A stretch of 58,333 bases of DNA, the filler included, from Diploschistes diacapsis (Eukaryota): assembly GCA_023645945.1 (NCBI GenBank). It is 8 parts of 8 records of this genome, joined end to end, with 100 filler letters (N's around TTAATTAATTAA, not from the genome) between each part and the next. Parts side by side here need not be neighbours in the genome. Positions count along the whole stretch, not along the records: positions 51,160 to 58,333 come from JALAIB010001307.1; 7 more parts are not named here. One strand, given 5' to 3'. Numbering within the stretch: the first letter of the stretch is position 1; every line of letters starts with the position of its first letter. Shown here piece by piece: positions 51,160 to 58,333 of the stretch. The position numbers and the translations under genes were made by a program. The notes beneath the pieces were generated by a model. It saw only the letters and a list, made by a program, of their open reading frames with translations. It made no database searches and was not told the DNA's origin.

Positions 51160-51802
51160 CTCCCGTCCAGACCCCCAGCTCCAGCACCGGCAACGTCAGC
51201 GTCGCCCCTATCAGGCCCAGCTGCAGCGCCGTATTAACCTTGCTGATCGCCGTCGGCCTCACCTCCGCGCTCGGCAGGCTGAAGTCCCAATACCGCCAGA
51301 ACGTCTTCGGCGGCGGCAACGAAATCCACCGGTAATAGACCGCCGACAGCGCCAGCAGAACGTCCCGGCCCAGTATGAGGGTGGCGAGGTAGAGGGGCAG
51401 GGAGCCCTGGACGGCCAGACAGACGGTTAGGACCGTCATGAGGGTTTTGTCGGCCATGGGATCGAGGATGGTGCCGACAACGGTTTGCGAGCCGTAGTGC
51501 CGCGCGAGATAGCCGTCGACGAGGTCGGTCAGGGCGGCATAGGTGAAGAGGGAGAGGGCGGCGACCGGCTGGGCGTGTAGGATGAGGTAGCCTAGCAGCG
51601 GGGCGGAGAAGAGGCGGGAGGCTGTTAAGGCGTTGGGGAGGGTCCATATGTTTTCGTGCGCTGGGGGGTGGAGGGAGGGAGGGAGGAAGCCCGGTTTTGA
51701 GGTAGGGGGTTTGAGGTTGTTGGGTGCAGTAGGTTTTGAAGTTCGGGTACTAGAGACCGTTAGCTTTAGAACGGGAGAGGTCGGAAGATGGCGCGCAGTC
51801 AT
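51160..51802 (-). CDS. CRD1: Cardiolipin synthase (CDP-alcohol phosphatidyltransferase), 3' truncated at the linker
   Basis: HENIWTLPNALT, TDLVDGYLAR...VGTILDPMADK (CDP-AP motif) and SLPPPKTFWRYWDFSLPSAEVRPTAISKVNTALQ. Confidence 0.92.
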
Positions 51803-54131
51803 GGCCTAGCGTTGATCTAGCAGGAAAGAGTGAAGGGAGGGGAGGCTGCGATAGAGGAGATTTGAAAACAGGCAGAGGCAAGAGAGTGACATTTCCTATT
51901 GGACGACAGAATGAAAGGAGAAATTCCAAGAAGCACATCCACTACCCGTCACCACAGTAATTCCTTTCAAACAACATTGATTCGTAACATTCTATCTTTA
52001 ATTCCAAGAAGAAGGAACAAGGAAAGCAAAGAGGACACTAACCTCTTTTTGGCACTATGCGACTCTGGTGACGAGGAATAGCACCTCTCGAGTTGTATCA
52101 CGTTCACAGTGACATTGCGCTTTTCAAAAAAGGGCCGCCTCCGAGAAGGAGCATTTTGTAGAAGTGAAAAGCACATTTCCTTTGAGGCAAATCCATGGTC
52201 CGCAATGCTAGGTAGCTGACAGAAACCTACAGTGACTATTTCTTTGCTGTTGATGCATCTCCGTGCTGGACATGCCAGGAGGATCCGGAGGTTCCTCGAG
52301 ATGATCGATGCCATCTCATTGTGCACTAGTCAACAACACTGGCTGGAAATAAACATGATGCTAGAACATTAGGAAATCTGTTCATTCACAGCGTATTTCT
52401 GGTAAATAAGTCTTCTAATTGCTGACCAGTGAAAGACAGATAGGTGTCTACCTGCTTAGTTACCTGATTAGATTATCCTAAACACGTCGTTCTTTGTCTT
52501 AAGGCGGCAGCGAGCGGACCTCGGCGAACACGTTTTGCCGTTCTAACGTCAACTCATCTTAAGTTTTCGAATCTATTCTTGCAGTCTCTGCATTTGAAAC
52601 CACACTCAATGACTATTTGCGGATCATATGGTTTAGCTTGCGCAAGGCTGCCCGAACTTTGAGAGAACTGAGGGATGCTGAGACTGCTTGATGTTTGTAA
52701 GCCCTGAATGATGTCCCTCCCTGGATACGGCGTGCTACTACTTCGACAGAAACGGTACTCCTCCAATCTTGATATCCATTCCACGCTCGGAACACAGTCC
52801 CTCATCTGCGATCTTCTTGCTGAGTTTCTCTGAATACGTTGCATGTGAATGCCTCTCACATGCCGCTTTGTCGGTGAACCTGCCCATTTGTCAGCGGTAA
52901 CATGCTTGCACTATTGCGAGTTGTTCGTGGAGTATTGTGTAATGAATTGGACCTCTAGAAGCACACAGATTTCTGGATATTGAGTAAGAGCTTACACTTT
53001 ATGTATAATGAATGTTGTATGACCGTCCTCAGCATTCGCTTGCCGATATACCGTGTAGGCTATGTTTCCATCCTCATTTTCTTTGACCTGCTGGATAAGG
53101 TTTCTCAACTCTTTTTCGATCTAGCGCTTCTATTGTTAGGAGGTATGTCAGACACAGCTGATGTAGGCCACCTACGATATCAACTGCGTCGGCATTAGGA
53201 TTTATGATCCCGAAGACATTGAAAAACATCGTGCCAGTAGGGTAGCGTCACCTAATGACGCTTCTCTTGGTGCTGCTGCGGGTGAAATTTGTCAATCTCG
53301 ATAATGTCTAAGGAAAAACTGAGAGGGGGCTGGCTACTTGATATCAATGACAGAGATCTGACAAATTTTCAGTCACCGTTCCAGGCATTGCCCAAGACTC
53401 CTTTCCCAAGCTTATAGCATGGGGAAAGAAAGTTGTGAAGGCTAGAGCATGTAAGGACGGAGACACTTCACCATTTCCCAGCCTGTCATCCTCATTGTGA
53501 CCAATACTTTGCTCTTGTTATTTCTACAATCATCGTTTTCTATTGTGAATGATGACCCGAGTCTAGGCTCTGCACAGTAATGATCTGATGCGCCATGTAC
53601 TCTCCTGCCAGTTCTTGCTTTCTGGCCAAAGGAAGTGCCGCACGCTATTCTATTAGGCCGGACTGGTTTATGCATGGGACAAATCCTCATCTCTCTTGTA
53701 CAAGGCTGCTCACCCGCTCAACCATACCATCGAGCGCCGACAGCATTCATCGGAGCTCCCGTCCATGGATGCAAGTTTCTTGCAGGGTGTGCACGCCTTG
53801 TGGTACACCCTTGGTTGAGGCAACCTGTAAAAACAACCCATACTTCTCCATTCATGCATGACCCATACGCTGATAAGCATGACCGAGACAGTTTCTAGCC
53901 TCTATAAACGTGTCTTCCAGGCTGTAAGTTCATTAATATCCGCTCTATGGCAGCAGCTATTTGGATCCACAAGGCTTAGCCACTGAAAGCACGTATCAAG
54001 GGGAAGACCATCCTGGCCATTCGTAACCTAAGACTTCAATAACAACCTCTCATTGACCAGACCAAAGCAATCCCACCCTGACCAGCCCGATGGCTGCCAG
54101 CCTCGCTCCTCGCTTCGATTTTCATCGATCA

Positions 54132-54604
54132 TCACACTGCTACCTCGCCATTATCTGGAAGCCCGACGTATGTGTTCTTTTCACCGCTTTTTCGAAAAGT
54201 CCTGGCAATCCCAAAGGTGTCTTCCATGAATTGCATGTAAGTGATCTGTTCACTCTTCACAGCGCACCAGATAGAAGATCGGGAAATGAAGAATTTCCCC
54301 ACCACCTTGCTGCAGAGGTAAAGCTTCCAAAGACGGCAACATTGTCACCTTCCCAAAAAAGCTCGAATCTCAAATGCCTTGTTTTCCCAAGATTTGGCCA
54401 CGTCAGTGAATGTCTGGATAATGGCCTTTGGGCCTCCATGTGTGTGAGTCCCCCCGCCCAAGGCCTGATTTTCGTTAGGAGTGGGTCCGAGTAGCTGAGA
54501 GAGACGTATGTTGCATCTTTGGCGACAAACTTGTTCACCACTTGGGGTTCCGAGGTATTGGCTAGGAGCTTCGCCACAACTGTCTTCGGATCTTGACCCA
54601 CCAT
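54132..54604 (-). pseudogene. SnoaL/NTF2-like protein pseudogene (intronless)
   Basis: VAKDATYVSLSYSDPLLTKIRPWAG, EGDNVAVFGSFT and ITYMQFMEDTFGIARTFRKSGE..GEVAV* lie in shifted frames. Confidence 0.7.
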
Positions 54605-55817
54605 TTCTTGGAGCGGATCTTGGTCGCTTGATTTATCGCTGGTACTGAGATGGATGGAAGAGCAGCTCCAAAAGTCCATCTTATCTTTACGAAGGGGTAT
54701 ATATTCCCTTTTTTTCTTTTGCTGAATTGATTCTTCAATAGGCACTCATCCAGCTGATCATCGTCCCGAATGGCGCTTTGAATACCAAGCTGATCCCGTA
54801 CAAGCCCTGCTCTGTACCGTGCAATGGTCCCATTATCAAATTGACCGAGAAGAAAAGTCCAAAGAGTTTAGTCAACTGATATAGTGTAGAATCACTGAAC
54901 TCGACTAAAGGAAGAGAGGAACGCGTCATGGTTAAATTATAGCAGCAAAACCATGAACAGGGCCTGAATTACCGTGGCAAGACTGAGTTACTTTTCGCAA
55001 GGTAGTAGTATCATGTGATGGAGGGGAAACATTAGTAACCAGCAAATCTTGGCCTTTCTTCAAAGTATATATTGTTCAAAAGATAAGTTGTTTCTGTCAT
55101 CCGATCTCATGGCCTGGTGGTACTGAGTACCATCAGTGTCTATGGGTGAGGTGATGGAAGGCTAGGACTTCGGATCCGAGTTCAAATCCCTTCATGGTCG
55201 ATTTGGGCGCTGTCTTCCAAAAAACGTTCGGTTCGCGCTATGCACTGATCAGTTTCCTTGGTTCCTTCCCCCCGGAAGGGGCAACTAAGGTTTTTGTATT
55301 TTTTTGCCTTTGGTCTTGTGCTTGTTGTGCCTTTCATTTTTCCCTTTCTCTTGGAAGACACCAAGATCGTCGAAATGCTTCAAAGACTCTATTGTAGCCA
55401 CATCAGTAAACCGAAGACATGCAGCTTTCGGGCTAATGTAACTAATCAAGTGTACCAAAACGTCCTAGGTCGCATCCAGTCATAATGAGCAAGAACTACA
55501 AAAGTATGAAGTTGCCGGAGATTTCCAATAGGCTAGCTCTACTCCTGATATGCTAGGCGTAGTTGTCGCTTCATTCATGGGTCTGATCAAGCACGAGAAG
55601 CCTCAAGGGCTTAGTCATAATGGCTTGGATTGGTAGACAATGGATAGGATCTCGATCTGATACAAAGATAGCCCAATCCGCATGTACAAGCTCCTGTGCT
55701 CCTATTCCACCAATACAGGATTTCAAGCATCTAAATCCTGGTGCACTGTCTATTCAAAATATCAAAAGTACAAACCCATCACCAGGTGCTCAAAGAAGCA
55801 TCAATTGACCACTCACA

Positions 55818-56207
55818 GTGACTGCAACGGACAAGCAAGCCATCACGAAAACCCTGCTCGCCTACAGCGAAGCTCTCAACAACTGCTTCACCGAGGATGC
55901 CGTCTCTCTTTACGCTCCGGGTGCCGCATTCATGGCCCAGAAGGCACTCACGGCCATCCCTACAGCAACTCTAACCAAAGCGTACGATTTCGTCTTTCAG
56001 ACCATCACTTTGTCTGTCAAGTTCATGGTACACGAGGCAGTTCCCTTCGGCAATGATGAGCGGGCCTTTGCTAGGACATATATGGCCGGGACGCAGGAGA
56101 TCAATGCCAGGGGCAGATGTCAAACGAGGCCAGCCAGGAACTTTTTGTCATGTAGAAGAATGGGGAAGATTGCAAGATACGGCTGTTGCATAATTAATTC
56201 CGCCTAA
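55818..56207 (+). pseudogene. SnoaL/NTF2-like (DUF4440/SgcJ-type) protein pseudogene
   Basis: AITKTLLAYSEALN...VSLYAPGAAFMAQ...AYDFVFQTITLSVKF..HE...AFART, then a frameshift to SNEASQELFVM*. No ATG start. Confidence 0.7.
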
Positions 56208-56739
56208 GATGTGAAAAGTTCATATAGGACAATGGACTAGAGGGATACCTACATCGATCGAGTGATGTACCTATATAATCAAGCAGACTCACCTACATGG
56301 TCTATACCATGAAATCGCGAACTTGTGATCTATGTTTTGCTACGTGTACACGCAGTTTCTCTTGTGAAGACTATCTCAAAACATTCGCCGAGCATGAATT
56401 ATACCGCTAGCCTGAAAGAAAGTAGTCATCGCCCATTGACTGCTTGGGAGTGCTTCAAAGCGAACGACAAGAAAAGGGTTTATCCAACATAGGCCTAGCG
56501 TCAAAAGCCTTGCCAAGCCTGGTTGGCATGCGCCGTCCGAGATTCCAGACAACATCAAGTTGTCGACCATCACAAGGCCAACACATTCAGCAATTCAACT
56601 GCCTATCTTCCTCCCAAAGTCGCATAGCAAAAGCATCACATAGAGTTGGCGAGACACATCCTAAGGGCTCCGCAACAGTCCGGCTTGAGGGAACCGTCAC
56701 TGGCAAGACGTTGCAAGCCAACCTCAGTCGTCACTAGCT

Positions 56740-57425
56740 ATGGCGGCAGGCTTAAAGACTATCATCGCGCTCTCTTTTGTAAGTCAAAGCTGTCCGTCTC
56801 GCTAGATCTAAGGCATTTTCATCCACTTCTTGCTCGTCTGTGTCGTTCAATTCGGCCGTTATAAGAATGACAGCTAATTCAATTTTAAGGTTCTTGCGAT
56901 AGGCTTTCTCCTCGTCATCCTCTCCTGCGCTCTCGACAACAACTACCTTCCTCTTCTCGTCGTTGCGACATACGTGGTAGCGCCTCTGCCAAACTGGATA
57001 TGCGGAAGATGCGCCAATCCGGATGACTTTATGGAAAGCGCGGGGAATGCGATTGTCGACTTCGGGCGGTGGGTGACGGGATTCTTCGTTGTGATGGGTA
57101 TTGGTAAGCGTTATATCGTAAATCCTATACACAGAGCATGGACGCTTCAACCGTCACCACCTTCTCGTTCCTCTCATGAATTCGATCTTGGGAATATGGA
57201 GGCATAAGAGTACTGAGGAATAGAGGCAAACGTGCTTTATTCTAGATGAACTGCTAGAGAAAGACGGTGGCTAATATGTAGGTTTTTGTAGCTTTACCGG
57301 TGGTATTCAACCACTCCCAACTCATCACGATGCAAGCGACGGCGATGTCCGTCATTGGTGGACTGCTGATTTACAGCACGATCATTGCTTTCACAATGTT
57401 CTTCCAAGAAGAGCAGGACTTCTGA
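56740..57425 (+). CDS. VPS55: Vacuolar protein sorting 55 (OB-RGRP family), 128 aa, exons 56740-56778, 56890-57103, 57292-57425
   Basis: Spliced product MAAGLKTIIALSF|VLAIGFLLVILSCAL..NYLPLLVVATYVVAPLPNWIC..DFGRWVTGFFVVMGI|ALPVVFNHS..MSVIGGLLIYSTII.F.MFF. Both introns are consensus. Confidence 0.93.
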
Positions 57426-57782
57426 CTCACCGGAGAAAGTTAGGAAAGGAGTTAGGGATACTCATGAATTCGAGCGGAATTCTAGCGCATTAGTCGGCGT
57501 TAAGTGATATGAGCATTCCAATGGTATAGTCGGGTTTTGGCCATACTAAATCGGATGGACACGAGCAGGAGCAGCTTTACGATTCATTAGGATGTATAAT
57601 AGGGTATCAAGCAAGCGTTATACTCTTCAACGCATTGATACTAGTCGAATCATATCCGTAGCGAATAGCACATATAGCGTAGCTTGTCCGAAAAAGGCAA
57701 TTTAGAACGTGGTTCCGTTCTCGCCATCTTTGCTTTATAGCTTCATCTCCGCTCTGCAAAGAATCTGTATGAGCTCTTTACA

Positions 57783-58333
57783 ATGCCTACCACCAACAGC
57801 CAGAGCATCCATTCCCTCCTTCTACTTGAGCGCCTCCTCTCTCTCCGCCAAGGCTCATCACCTTTTACACTTTTGCTCGACACTTTTGAACAATCTGCCC
57901 GCCCAGTAGTGCGTGAATATATCAAAAAATCCAAAGTAAGTGATGCAAATATCAGTCCAGGAAGGTAGAGCAAATTTTGGATTTGACATCTTGTATCAAT
58001 ACTAAGGATCATAATCAATATAATAGAGTTACATGTGCTCCAGAATTTAAAGGAGCTAATCAAAGAACAGACAATTAACTCAACAGTAATCTACATCTCT
58101 TTCGAGACCCTCAAACGACCTCCACACATCACGCACTTTCTCCAAGGCCAGCGGAAGACACTCGAATCGCTACAAAAAGAGATCACCACTCTCGCCACCT
58201 CTGCACGTTCTACATACCCAGCCGACTCATCCAATCTCCACCGTGACTCCCCCATTCTCTCCGCAACTACCCTTTACCAGCTGACTCCATCACCCAGCAA
58301 CCCTCATAATCTTCGACACCCTCCACCCCCTCC
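57783..58333 (+). CDS. ELP5: Elongator complex protein 5 (Iki1), 5' part only, exons 57783-57935 and 58071 to the window end
   Basis: HSLLLLERLLSLRQGSSPFTLLLDTFEQSARPVVREYIKKSK|..VIYISFETLKRP matches the recalled fungal Elp5 N-terminus. Intron GTAAGT..GCTAAT..CAG. Confidence 0.8.

Noticed and set aside
52554..52960. Degenerate DUF3505-like zinc-finger relic (CKHV...RHVRGIH...GFKCRDC)
   Set aside because: The similarity rests on a few Cys/His residues across stops and is too weak without a profile search.
55100..55201. Functional tRNA gene
   Set aside because: A/B-box-like motifs are present but the acceptor and T stems do not pair. Kept only as a hairpin finding.
1..58333. A Starship-like giant element or gene cluster combining patatin, ankyrin, nuclease-like and methyltransferase genes
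   Set aside because: The genes lie on different, artificially joined contigs, and no DUF3435 tyrosine recombinase is visible.

Overview
Filamentous ascomycete (Pezizomycotina) nuclear DNA with short GT-AG introns, CTAAC/CTGAC branch sites and RIP-like mutation. The window is not one locus. It is eight whole contigs (7260, 7259, 7203, 7191, 7188, 7181, 7177, 7174 nt, strictly decreasing) joined by identical 100-nt N44-TTAATTAATTAA-N44 linkers, so gene neighbourhood across linkers means nothing. Intact or edge-truncated genes: a class I SAM methyltransferase, ATP14, DAP1, a secreted Ser/Thr-rich protein, a patatin-like phospholipase, a spliced orphan, a Cys/His-motif hypothetical, TYW3, PPC decarboxylase, a signal-less aspartic protease, a GCNA/SprT-like protease, NOP13, neutral trehalase, CRD1, VPS55 and ELP5. 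One whole contig is a RIP-destroyed Helitron-type Rep/PIF1 element with a candidate non-canonical terminal hairpin. There are at least six decayed genes: a PD-(D/E)XK-like DUF7924-type protein, a GH28 exo-polygalacturonase, an ankyrin protein, an FAD monooxygenase and two SnoaL/NTF2 proteins. I cannot support a new multi-gene system from this window. The best leads are a G-U-rich structured-RNA candidate with a C/D-like K-turn (22660-22910), the Helitron terminus, and the high pseudogene load. All family assignments are from recalled motifs, not database searches.
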